Of a stretch of DNA of 64,000 nucleotides, positions 27,933 to 40,373 are shown one piece after another. This DNA is from Lingula anatina (lineage: Eukaryota > Animalia > Brachiopoda): the NCBI GenBank assembly GCA_051362555.1, contig CM120641.1, forward strand, positions 34,044,401-34,108,400. The letters are read 5' to 3'. A program made the position numbers and the translations under genes. The notes under the pieces were generated by a model. The model saw nothing but the letters and a program-made list of their open reading frames with translations, had not been told where the DNA came from and searched no databases. Each line of letters starts with the position of its first letter. Within the stretch, counting starts at the first letter, position 1.

Positions 27933-30900
27933 GAATTTGAGTTACATGTACTTAAGAAAATTGTGTAGAAAGTAAATGACCACATGAAAATGTTTACTAG
28001 TACAGATTTGTAGCTTACATTTGCATGCGTTAGTGTAGTTTCTGACAGATTTTTAAAGTTATTTCTCTGATCAGTTGGTTGAAAGCTTTTATAACTTTCA
28101 AAGGAATTCTTTTTGAACTCATTGTTGTAATGAATACTTTCGGTTCCATGGTGAAAATGTTTTTTAAGAATTTATGTCTTTCTCTCATAAAAAAAGTATA
28201 TCAGGCAATCAAACCACCAGCACATGAAATAAATAAATACCTTCCTTCCTGTAGGGATAATTGGTAAAATTTAAGGAACAGAAAGCTAGTGTGTGTGATA
28301 AAAAAAATAGGTTAAAGGGTATCTTGCGGTATGGCTCCAAGTTCCTATGTCATGCCAGTATGTGTATATTCTGAGAAATGGCAGTAAGTACTGTGGTGAG
28401 TCCCCTTTACCATGCCTTATTAGCAAAGGCAAACAGAGGTTATTTACAGACCAGAAAGCTTGCAGACTTTCTCAATAAAAAACTAAGTTTATTCAGAGAA
28501 AAGGAGGAAAAGCGTTATATGCTCTCCTTGATGACTTTATGACACGCATTCCATATGCATTCCATATACTTGAAGAGGTTGAAAAAAGAAGTAAAGACCT
28601 GATTGTGTCAGCGATGGAAAATTTGAATGTGACGTCACAATAATGTATACATGTACAAATATTTGTGCATTGTCCCTAGATTTAAAATAAATCAAATATT
28701 CAAATATTAGCTACTACTGGTTTATGTAGCAGTTTTAACAAGGCTATCAGGTTATAATTTATGGAAGACAGTCTCCATTAGATTTTGTATTAAATTTGAG
28801 ACAGTATTGATGTCTTTTTAATTGAATCTACACTGTACTGCATCAAATGGTACAATGTAACAGACTGCTTCTTATATTAAGATTAGAATTTTAGGTTTGC
28901 GTCTTTACATCCAAGTACTATAGTGTTTCGATTGCATACTCACTAATGTTGTTAAAAGTAATAAGTATTGCCTAATACAAGCATCTTTATAATGCCACTA
29001 TTTTGGAAGAATACAGAGCAGATTGGCTTATACAATATGACAGAGGTTACATACACATTCACACAAACGTGAAAAATTACTTTCAGGAAACTCAGAAGAG
29101 TCAGATTGATTTAGAGATGGAGATTTAGGAGTATATAAATTATTTTTGTAGCATTTATTTTTCCATGTGATGCAGATCATCAGTATTCTTAATAAATACA
29201 TAGTATGTGTACACTTTTTATAGATGTTTTGCTTGCTGCTTTTATATTGCAAACAGAAGGGACATTTGATGTACCTGTATATGTAGCTGCTCAATTTAGT
29301 GAAACATTATTTTGTTAATCTAAGATTTGTTTTGTGAACTGACGGAAAATCTGTGTACAGTCACATTATTGAAGAGTGTAGAATACACGTGTATGTATAA
29401 TATGCATTTTTAATGATAAAGAACAAATAGTTATTATGCAAATTTGCAATTATACAAAAGACTTTCTCCTTCATTTCTTCCTTGGTCACATTTGAAACAG
29501 CTCTATGACTACCAAACCATAGATTTGTTTGATTTTGAAATTACTGAGTAGCACTGTTAAACAGCCTTCAATTTCTAGGAAAAAAAAACATCACTGGTCC
29601 CCTCTTGAAAGTAGAATTTTGACTAGCTGAATTATAGTTCTAAACCATACCAAATAGCACCATTTACTCAGAATTTACAGAGTTAACCAAAACTGTCTAC
29701 CAATCTGATTTATTGATTATTTTTAAATCCTTATATTGCAGATTGATACAGATCGTTCAATTAATATGTTGTTCATACTCTTCAATAACTTCATTCTGGA
29801 TTCAATTTTACATGATATCAGTACCATCTTTCAACCCAGGAAAAACATTCCATCATGAATTCCTCCAGGAAAACTGTCTACCTTTGTAAAATATGTTATA
29901 ACGAATAATACACAGTTAAACATCAATAAATTCATTTTGTTGCTCTTAACATCAAAGGTGGAACAACAAGTAAGGAATAAAGCAAGATTGCTTTGAAATC
30001 GTTTGGATCATTGGTATAATCTCAAGAAACTGTCCACATCTGACTTAAAGTTCATTTCTGATCTAAAGAATAAAATCTACTCGTGATGAAATGGTTATTC
30101 CTCAACAACACTCGAGAAAATCGGAAAAACAGTGGCATGCGACCCTCTCTTGAGGAATGACTGTGTGCACCCAGCATTCTTCAGTAGGAAAAGGATTAGA
30201 GTTAGTAAGGGTAACAGAAAGGACTAAGATAATGATTTTCTCAAATGCTAAAGAATTCCCCTGCCACTAGAAGCAATTTTATAAATACTAATTCCAAATG
30301 GTTGGCAGATGTGGACAATCGTACCTGTAGGCAATACCAGTGTTTCTTGTGAGCAATTAACCCTGCACATTTCTCGTGTAGACCCAAAACTTATAGCTAA
30401 TGCAGATTACAGATATTGTAACCTTTTATTTTCATTCAGATTACTGAAAGTAGTGGTTTTCCTGCATCTAATTATGATTTAAAACAATAAAAAAAAACCC
30501 CTCAAAAATATAAAACACCAGAGTTGACCAGAGTGTATGGGCTATAAACCCATACCGCCAATTTTGTTTAAATGATTATGTTAAGGGGTTATGTTATGTT
30601 ATGTAATGTTACAGATTTTTATTTAGCAAAGGCATCTTCTATCTTAATCACCAAAAAAAAAAAAAATTAAACTAAGACTTAAGAAAAATGGCTGGCAGGG
30701 TTTTGGAGTACTAAATGGTGTCATTTAATTGCCTTAAAAGGATGATCATTTAAGTATATTATAAACAAGATAAAATATCCTGTATTTGCAATTATTTGTG
30801 AAAACAATTTACATACTTATATGTATGCGTATATTGACAATATTTTTCCACCATGGAGATAGATCTATTTCCAACATAGACCCATTCGGTACATTGGGTT

Positions 30901-31149
30901 TATTGCATGTATAACATGCATAATAATAATAATATGTATTTATTTGCAACTTAAAAAGTTGGATTTTACAATAAAAACAAATAGTCGTGAGATGCAAAAT
31001 CTTAAAATATACTTGTAAGTGTTAAAATGATTCGATACACATTAAAAATTCATAAAAACCTCAGTTCTTAAAATTTGATAAAGCCCATGGGATAAAAGTT
31101 TTTGACGATCGTACAGTCCTCAATTTTGGCACAGTGTACTTGTAAACCC

Positions 31150-31565
31150 GGCGCAAAGTGTAGGAACTTTCATTTATCTCTGGTAGCAAATGATGGATTT
31201 TGTGTCCTTCAGAGTACATGTTATGCAATAATGTTTTAGATAGTTCATCTCTTCAACAAGCAAGAGTGATAAGTTTACATGTTTCAAGTGCCCCATCATA
31301 GGACAGCTCTGGGAATATAATCTTACATGCTCTAATCTGGATGGATTCAATTTTATCAATTTGTTGTTGTGTAAGACCTGGGTGCCACCCCTGACATGCA
31401 TATTCTAATGTAGGTCTGATTACTGATGTATAAAAGCTTACAAGTTCATTGGTTGGAATACCTGCTTGTTTCAATAGCTGAAGATTGTGTAGCCTTTTGC
31501 TTGCTTTTTTACAAATATCACAGATGTGACCTTCCCAGCTCAAATCACTACTGAGCCTAACCCCT
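31150..31565 (-). mobile_element. 5'-truncated non-LTR retrotransposon (CR1/L2-group) RT C-terminal fragment
   Basis: Translation GVRLSSDLSWEGHICDICKKASKRLHNLQLLKQAG...FYTSVIRPTLEYACQGWHPGLT...IESIQIRACKII is the typical LINE ORF2 C-terminus; it degenerates downstream. Confidence 0.88.
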
Positions 31566-32169
31566 ACGAAGACAGCACATGCATTGTGTTTCTTCGTAAT
31601 CAATCTCCATGGTCCAAATTGTTTCAGCTATTCTTTATATGAAAATGAACTGGGTACATTATTTGATGCATTTCTTATGTTTGGCGTTTTGCACGTTATG
31701 AGAAATAAGTGTACAGAACAAGCCGCATCCTCTAGAACGTAGACAGCAAAGATGATGCCAATCCCACACATTCAGTTCTGAATTAGTTATGAAATAGATA
31801 TTAAAACTAAATATTTGTGAAGTTATATATTTTATTACACATACTAGAATTAGTAAAGTCAACATTCAGTTTAATTTTATTTGACATTATGGGCAGATTC
31901 ATTTCGCGGGTAAATATGAAAACAAACCATTAGGTGTATGGTAATTCCTGTCGTTTATCATTGGAGGATGAAGTTGCTCCCTTACCAATGACCTTGTTGC
32001 AAAGACTATGGATAGCCTACAAGCTCAAATTAAATTTTTTGTCACAGAGTATTGAAAACACTTCTAATTTTTCTAGCCTTGTTTTATCCTAGGAGTGTGA
32101 ACAAGCAGGTAAAGATCAGAAGGGAGGTTTTCTGTCTCATCCCAAAAGAGTGGTCAAATAGAAGTATAG

Positions 32170-35100
32170 TCAAAAATAAAAACAAGATTAGATTTCTTTC
32201 ACTTCTTCTACCCCCGTACCCCAAAAAGTTCACTAACCTGAAGTTGCTAATCTAAAGAATGTAGTCGAGGTCTGAGAGAAGGCACTATGTTGTGGAAGAA
32301 GGCCGTCTTGTGTATGTGGCTATTGCATGCTATCATCTATGTCCTGTAAAGGGAAATAAAAAATTAGATTTGTTTCACTCCTCCTAACACACCCCATAAA
32401 AGTATACTAACCTTAAAAAGTTCATCCAGGCAGTCAAGGACAATTAAGGTCCGAAAAGAAGCGCTATGTCATGGAAGAAGGCTGGCTCATGAATGTGGCG
32501 AGGGCTTGTGTATGTCATCACCTTCGGTGTCCTGTAAACAGAAATAAAAACAAGATTAGATTTCTTTCACTTCTCCTACCCCTGCCCAAAAAAAGTTTAC
32601 TAACCTGAAGTTGTTAATCCAAGATTGTAGTCAAGGTCTGAGAAAAGGCACTACTGGTATGTTGTAGGAGAGGGCTGGCTCATTAATGTGACAAAGGACT
32701 TGTGTATGTCATCATCTTCTATGTCCTGTAAACAGAAATAAAAAAAAGGTTAGATTTGTTTCATTTCTACTACCCAACCCCCCCCCCCCCCCCCCAAAAA
32801 AGTTTACTAACCTTAAATTGTTCATTCTAGCAGTGAAGGTCCGAAAGGAAGCCATCATCTTCTATGTCTTGTATCTTCTATGTCCTGTAAACAGAATTAA
32901 AGACAAGATTAGATTTGTTTCATTTCTCCTACCCAACCTCCAAAAAAGATTACTAACCTTAAATTGTTCATTCAAGCAGTCAAGGTCAAGGTCCACTTCC
33001 GGTATGTCGTAGAAGGCTGGCTCATTATGTGGTGAAGGACTTGTGTATGTCATCATCTTCCATGTCCTGTAAACAGAAATGAGAACAAGATTAGATTTGT
33101 TTCAATTCTCCTACCCAACGCCAAAAAACAGTACTGAGTATACTAACCTTTAGTTGTTCATTTGAGCAGTCAAGGTACAGTTCTGAAAGGAAGTCATCAT
33201 CTTCTACGTCTTGTATCTTCTATGTCCTGTAAACAGAAATGAAAACAAGATTAGATTTGTTTCATTTCTCCTACCCAACCCCCCAAAAAGTTTACTAACC
33301 TTAAAGTGTTCATTCGAGCTGTGAAGGTCAAGGTCTGAAAGGAAGCACTATGTCCTAGGAGAAGGCTGGCTCATTATGTGGCGAAGAACTTGTGTATGTC
33401 ATCATCTTCTATGTCCTGTAAACAGAAATGAAAACAAGATTAGATTTCTTTCACTTCTCCTACCCCTGCCCAAAAAAGTTTACTAACCTGAAGTTGTTAA
33501 TCCAAGATTGTAGTCAAGGTCTGAGAGAAGGCACTACTGGTATGTCGTAGGAGAAGGCTTGCTCATAAATGTGGTGAAGGACTTGTGTTAGTCATCATCT
33601 TCTATGTCCTGTAAACAGAAATGAAAACAAGATTAGTTATTTTTCATTTTTCCTACACAATGCCAAAAAAAGTTTACTAACCTTTAATTGTTCATTCAAA
33701 AAGTGAAGGTCCAAAAGGAAGCCATCATCTTCTATGTCTTGTATCTTCTATGTCCTGTAAACAGAAATAAAAAAAGGTTAAGATTTGTTTCATTTCTCCT
33801 ACCCAACCCCCCAAAAAAGGTTACTAACCTTAAATTGTTCATTCTAGCAGTGAAGGTCAAGGTCCGAAAGGAAGCCATCATCTTCTATGTCTTGTATCTT
33901 CTATGTCCTGTAAACAGAAATAAATACAAGATTAGATTTGTTTCATTTCTCCTACCCAACCCCAAAACAAGTTTACTAACCTTAAATTGTTCATTCAACA
34001 GTGAAGGTCAAGGTCCCAAAGGAAGCACTATGTCCTAGGAGAAGGCTGGCTCATTAATGTGGCGAAGGACTTGTGTATGTCATCATCTTCTATGTCCTGT
34101 AAACAGAAATGAAAACAAGATTAGATTTCTTTCACTTCTCCTACCCCTGCCCAAAAAAGTTTACTAACCTGAAGTTGTTAATCCAAGATTGTAGTCAAGG
34201 TCTGAGAGAAGGCACTACTGGTATGTCGTAGGAGAAGGCTGGCTCATAAATGTGACAAAGGGCTTGTGTATGTCATCATCTTCTATGTCCTGTAAACAGA
34301 AATGAAAACAAGATTAGTTATTTTTCATTTCTCCTACACAATGCCAAAAAAAGTTTACTAACCTTTAATTGTTCATTCAAGCAGTGAAGGTCCAAAAGGA
34401 AGCCATCATCTTCTATGTCTTGTATCTTCTATGTCCTGTAAACAGAAATAAAAAAAGGTTAGATTTGTTTCATTTCTAGCTACCCAACCCCCAAAAAAGT
34501 TTACTAACCTTAAATTGTTCATTCGAGCAGTGAAAGTCAAGGTCCAAAAGGAAGCACTATGTCGTAGCAGAAGGCTGGCTTATTAATGTGGTGAAGGGCT
34601 TGTGTATGTCATCATCTTCTATATCCTGTAAACAGAAATGAAAAAAGATCAGATTTGTTTCATTTCTCGTACCCAACTCCAAAAAAAAAGTTTACTAACC
34701 TTTAGTTGTTCATTCGAGCAGTGAAGGTCACGGTCCGAATGGAAGTCATTGTCTTCTATGGCTTGTATCTTCTACGTCCTGTAAATAGAAATAAAAAAGA
34801 TTAGATTTGTTTCATTTCTCCTACCCGACCCCCCAAAAGTTTACTAACCTTAAATTGTTCATTCGAGCAGTGAAGGTCAAGCTCCGAAAGGAAGCGCTAT
34901 GTCGTAGACGAAGGCTGGCTCATTAAGGTGGCGAAGGGCTTGTGTATGTCATTATCTTCATGTCCTGTAAACAGAAATGAAAACTTGATTAGATTTCTTA
35001 CATTTCTCCTACCCAACCCCCAAAAAAGTTTACTAACCTTAAATTGTTCATTCGAGCAGTGAAAGTCAAGGTCCAAAAGGAAGCACTATGTCGTAGCAGA

Positions 35101-38100
35101 AGGCTGGCTTATTAATGTGGTGAAGGGCTTGTGTATGTCATCATCTTCTATGTCCTGTAAACAGAAATGAGAACAAGATTAGATTTGTTTCAATTCCCCT
35201 ACCCAACTCCAAAAAAACAGTTTACTAACCTTTAGTTGTTCATTTGAGCAGTCAAGGTCAAGTTCTGAGAAGAATTAAGTCATCATCTTCTATGTCTTGT
35301 ATCTTCTATGTCCTGTAAACAGAAATAAAAATTAGATTAGATGTGTTTCATTTCTCCTACCCAACTCCAAAAAAAGTTTACTAACCTTTAGTTGTTCATT
35401 CAAGCAGTGAAGGTCAAGGTCCGAAAGGAAGCACTATGTCGTAGAAGGCTGGCTTATTAATGTGGTGAAGGGCTTGTGTATGTCCTCATCTTCTATGTCC
35501 TGTAAACAGAAATGAAAAAAAGATAAGATTTGTTTCATTTCTCGTACCCAACTCCAAAAAAAAGTTTACTAACCTAAAGTTAGTTGTTCATTCGAGCAAG
35601 GAGTTATAACAGAAGGAGATTACACGCAAGCCTTTCTTTTGTCCGATGTCTGTTACGGTGGGCGGAGCTAGCTACGGGGGGCCTCCGGTCTCAAGGTTTC
35701 GTCTGCGTCGCTCTCCTCAGCTTGGAGATAAATTTCATATGCGTTATTTCGCGTTAGAATTCGAGATCAGTAATGTCAAAGCGCCGCTGTATGCTGACGA
35801 TTTTTTTCACAGGTAATTATTTGGACGATGTGCTGGAAGGGAACGATATCATAGAAAGCGATTATAAGGTGGTGACTGAGGATGGTCGCCATGAGCTTTT
35901 TTAAGTCGGTGATAGATGGCTTTTTTATGGCACAACCCGGTGAAAAATCACCAAGGAGAAGTCAAAAGAAAACGTCCCAACTGTGGTTTGTGAAAATGAC
36001 ATTCAAGTGAACGTCTGTCCTCACTGCCAAAGGACATAATATTAATACATTAACGTTTGGACCCTCCTGCCCTTAGGTCCCATAAACATATACATTGTGA
36101 CAGTGCCTACGCTTTGTGTCTGGTTTTAAATTTCTTAAAGTATTTTTTCTCTCACTCGGTATAATTTTAATATTATAATGCATTTAATTAAAATTTTAAT
36201 CCAAGGTTGAGGCAATGCCACGACACGTCAGTTTACTGAATACTCGTTATAAATTTCTTTATCTTGGAAATTTCCCTTTTTTTCAGGATTATTTGACACG
36301 TACTAACACTGTTCATATTTGTCGGTAAACAAGTGCACAGTGCTATACATTAAGAATAATTTTTATTCATTCATAAATATATTTATGTACAAAACATATC
36401 AGAAATTTTAGTATTCACTGAGCTCTTTAAAGTGAAACAAATAAAGATGAGAATATTGAATTTCAAACTATTATTTACTATATTAACTTAAAATATCTTT
36501 TAAGTCAACTCTATACTCAAGCACTCTATACTCTATACTCATGAAAGTAGCATCTGTGAGTGAAACCATTTTATTATATCAATAGAAGAACAAAAACAAA
36601 AATTTTACACATAAGCAGTAATAAATGAAGTCATAAGAATGATTAAGTTGCTACAGTTTTCCAGTTTTATGCAGTCTATGATGGCATTTTTTTCAACCGT
36701 GCAAATAGAAATAATTATATTCTTTTTTATCTGACTTGCTGATACCAGTCTGTGCCAGATACTATTCCACTTACAGGCCAGCAAGGTCTGAGAATCTAAT
36801 GGGCCGAATGAAAAAAAAAAATCCTAGAAGATAAAGTGGTTAATTCTTACAAATAGGATAAAAAACATGGGATTTTCAAAAGGTTATTATAGATCAAGAC
36901 AACACTTAGTAAGAACATTTATAAAATGTAACAGCTGAAAAAATTAACTGGTAAGTAAGCAGTAAGTGACTGCTTTAAAGAAATTTCACAGAAACAGAAA
37001 TTTCACTGGCAATCAGGTAGACTGTTATACCATGGCACTCAACAATTTATATATAGGTTTTGAATTTTTTTCCACATAACAGTAACATAAAATTTATGTC
37101 CACTTTTGCAATGTATAGAGTCAGTTAGGTGACTGAAAATATTTTAAAATGTCATAAAGGAGCACTATTAATTTAATGCAATCTCTGTTGGCCAGTCTTA
37201 TCCAGTTTCTTCTCCAAAAAGGACAACTCAAGTGAGAATTTCTTCAGGGCCTTTTCTTCTGCCTTGCTAATGCCATGCCACTCAGAAAAGAGAGAAACCT
37301 GTAGGTTAGAAAAAAAACCATAATAATAGCATTATGAACTACTTGTATCCATGTAGACATTATGGAATTACGCAGTGAAGTTTAATGTGTCTTGTTATGA
37401 CTTGACTGAAATAATGTTCACCACATAAATGAACAATTTACAACTAAATTTATATAGAACATCAAGATTCATGATCACAAGCTAATAACCCCAAGAAACT
37501 GAAAGAAATTGTACTTATTACAAGAAATTATTTAAATCCGCCCTGGTTCCTACTCTTCTGACAGGACAAAAAGGGGATTTCAGAGAGGCTGGTTGCTAAA
37601 AGGAAAATGCCCAAGGTTGTTGTATTTTGAAAAAAAAAATTAAAAAGGGTACTGTTGTTAGTGAATGTTTAATGCATCTTAGGCATTATGACAAAAGTAA
37701 CTTACCCCAGACACACTGACCTCCTTTTTTCATTGACATATTTTAATTTTTTCCAGCCTGACCATAATTCATATATTCAATGCAGCCTTCTCCCACATCT
37801 ATAATAGAAAAAAAAACTTGAGTAGTGTTAAGATATGCATGTCAAATTCATTATCAATTTTGAGAGAATTTCTGTTTCAACACTACAAGATGAAATATTT
37901 AATTTCAAGTAATGAATAAACCTTAATAGAGTTCTATTCTTTTGTAACCACCAAGGCAAAGCTTCTTTCTTAAAATGAACTGAAACATCCAAGCTTGCCA
38001 CCTAACATGCCAAAGTAGTGAAGTATAATTTAAGTAGAGAAGCAAGTACCCCTTAATTATAGAGGTGTCTTACACAATAAGGTGTGTCTTACACACCTTG

Positions 38101-39970
38101 ACTCAAAGAGAGATGTGTAGTGAGATAACAGGTTAAGTAATTGGTGGAGCCTAGGTGAACTTAAAACCTTCAGACTTTAAATTAAGAAGCACCAGGATTC
38201 ATGTGTGTTCTTTTTTCAAAGGTTTAATATGAATTAAAACATACATATGTAAAAACAAGACTAAATAAGTTAAAAATAACTATACCAAAGACACTGTGAA
38301 GTCAAACTTCCTGTTAGACCGCCATGATGGAAAATGCTGGGTGGAGGCAAAATTTTCCAGTCAAAAAAACTGAGCACTTTACTTTAACAACAAAGTTACC
38401 ACTCCAAAGCCACCCACCATGGTGAGAAGAAAAATGATGACCAACTGTCATGATAAGTCTTTTTAGATTTAAACATGAAAAAGGTAAAGGCCAAAATGGT
38501 ACATTTACCCATAACACTAGAGTAAAAAATTGGTATTCTGAACAAATCAGGTTATTTTTTTCAAGAAATATTGGAGCAGTATCCATGCAATATATACCAC
38601 GCCACGACCAAGATGTTCAAGAATCTAAACACACCAAATTTTTTTATAATCTTGCATTTGAAAAGTACAAAAAGCGGTAAGGCTTTTGGCCGTAACAAGC
38701 GTAACACTTTTTGATCGGAACTCATGAAAATTGTCAATTGTCGTATCCAAGCTAGACCACATGTAAAATCGCATAAAAAAACAATACTGCTCAAGCAAGT
38801 GTGTTGCACACATAACAATTAGTTAAATTTTATGACTGTCATGTGACACAAGTTTCAAAAAGTAGGAGGAAAATGTCTTTTGGAGTAATTTTTTTTCGAA
38901 ATATTAACAAGATGGCGGCTTAAGCATCTGCTTGTTATTCGGCTACTGAAAGTGCACCTAAGTTTTATTCTTTGCTATTGCCACAAATTACTTAACAATT
39001 GCAACTGTATAAAGACCAAACTTTCTTCATCTGATACTATATTTATAGGCACTTGTTATGAGTGGGAAATATTTTTCGTGCAATATTTATTCTCCACACA
39101 CCACCTCGCGAGATCAACGTGTAGCTGGACACTTACACAGTGAGACCCTACGACATAAAAGTTGCAATTTATCTTCATATTTCGTGTAGTTATGCATTTA
39201 AAAGCACTTACCTGTTTTTTGAAAACCTTGTCCAACGTAATATCATATAAATTCTGTATTTCTCTCATTTTTTAGAAACTTGGGACTCCGTTTCTGTTTC
39301 TGTCCTCAAAAATCAACAGACGAAGGCACAGATACTAACAAACGAGATTTAAACGAGAGCAACAATTAAGCGTAACAGAGATAGGCATCCATTGTTCTCT
39401 GGGTTCTATTCATTCCGACCAATGAGAGACCGTAATACGGGCTCCGCCCCCACGCGTGTAATCTCCTTCTGTTATAACTCCTTGATTCGAGCAGTCAAGG
39501 TCAAGGTCCAAAAGGAAGTCATCATCTGCTGTCTTGTATCTTCTATGTCCTGTAAACAGAAATAAAAACAAGATTAGGTTTGTTTCATTTCTCCTATTCA
39601 CCCCCCCCCCCCCCCCCAAAAAAAAAGAAGTTTACTTACCTTAAATTGTTCATTCGAGCAGTGAAGGTCAAGGTCCGACAGGAAGCACTTTGTTATCGAA
39701 GAGCTTGTGTATGTCATCATCTTCTATGTCCTGTAAACAGAAATGAAAACAAGATTAGATTTGTTTCATTTCTCGTACCCAACTCCAATAAAAAAAGAAG
39801 TTTACCAGTACTAACCTTTAGTTGTTCATTCAAGCAGTCAAGGTCAAGTTCTGAAAGGAAGTCATCATCTGCTGTCTTGTATCTTCTGTGTCCTGTAAAC
39901 AGAAATAAAAACAAGATAACATTTGTTTCACTTCTCCTACTCACTCCCCCCCCCCCCCCCCCTTAACCTT
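32170..39970 (-). repeat. Tandem array of ~22 exon+intron units (monomers ~145-195 bp), interrupted by a transposon at 35597-39484
   Basis: The core TCCTGTAAA occurs 19 times in 32340-35510 and 3 times in 39545-39900. On the minus strand each unit has AG|GTTAGT, CTAAT and TTGTTTTCATTTCTGTTTACAG|GAC. Long (~114-121 nt) and short (~73-85 nt) exon variants. Confidence 0.9.
35597..39484. mobile_element. P-element-like non-autonomous DNA transposon, 3.9 kb
   Basis: Perfect 31-bp TIR CAAGGAGTTATAACAGAAGGAGATTACACGC and 7-bp TSD ATTCGAG duplicated from an array monomer. No intact transposase ORF. The P assignment rests on the CAAGG terminus and TSD length. Confidence 0.88.
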
Positions 39971-40177
39971 TTTTAGACTGGAGTGCATCAGCTTTATATG
40001 ACGAGCATGTCGTAAATAAATAGGACATATGTGCCTTTTGGTTCTACCTTCAAAGTTCAATAATGGGCGTAAGAGGAATATGATAGAAATGAAAAGAGTG
40101 TGAAATGGTGGCACCAGTACATCTCTGCTGCGGCCCTTACTCGATGTCCGGGCACATGTATTTGCACATGTACATTT

Positions 40178-40335
40178 GGGGCCGTAGCAATAGTCCGAAG
40201 GTTCATTGGTCCGAATGTTCACTATAAAACCTTCGGACCAATGAACCCTTGATTAAAAAATCGATAAAAATGTTACCACTTTTCGGACCAATGAACCTTC
40301 GGACCAATGAACCTTCGGACTATCGAGACGCCCCC
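40178..40335. mobile_element. Small Mutator-like MITE with CGGACCAATGAACCTT subrepeats
   Basis: GGGGCCGTAGCAATAGTCCGAAGGTTCATTGGTCCGAA ... TTCGGACCAATGAACCTTCGGACTATCGAGACGCCCC; flanked by GTACATTT on both sides (8-9-bp TSD). Confidence 0.8.
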
Positions 40336-40373
40336 GTACATTTCCCAGAGCGACGAGTCCGCATGTATTGAAG

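Noticed and set aside
29700-30420. Possible highly decayed LINE endonuclease region on the minus strand
   Set aside because: Only a vague resemblance, with many stops and no clean motif; not supportable without a search.
32818-34038. Plus-strand ORFs (64 aa, 116 aa) in the array as a repeat protein
   Set aside because: Chance frames through the antisense of the repeat; they break in neighbouring monomers and all splice signals are on the minus strand.
35088-35092. Programmed readthrough or selenocysteine at the shared in-frame stop of long exons
   Set aside because: The codon is TAG, not TGA, and many monomers also carry frameshifts, so a continuous protein cannot be made.
32400-35450. AGGTCAAGGTC nuclear-receptor half-sites / Helentron-type satellite
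   Set aside because: The motif is explained as the antisense of GAC CTT GAC CTT (Asp-Leu-Asp-Leu) in the exon, and no Helentron termini were identified. Not fully excluded.
32170-35600. CRISPR-like repeat-spacer array
   Set aside because: The variable parts are homologous to each other rather than unique spacers, units are 145-195 bp, there are no cas genes, and the context is eukaryotic.
32300-35600. Hammerhead ribozyme/retrozyme in the monomer
   Set aside because: No conserved CTGANGA...GAAA core with the required helices was found on either strand by eye.
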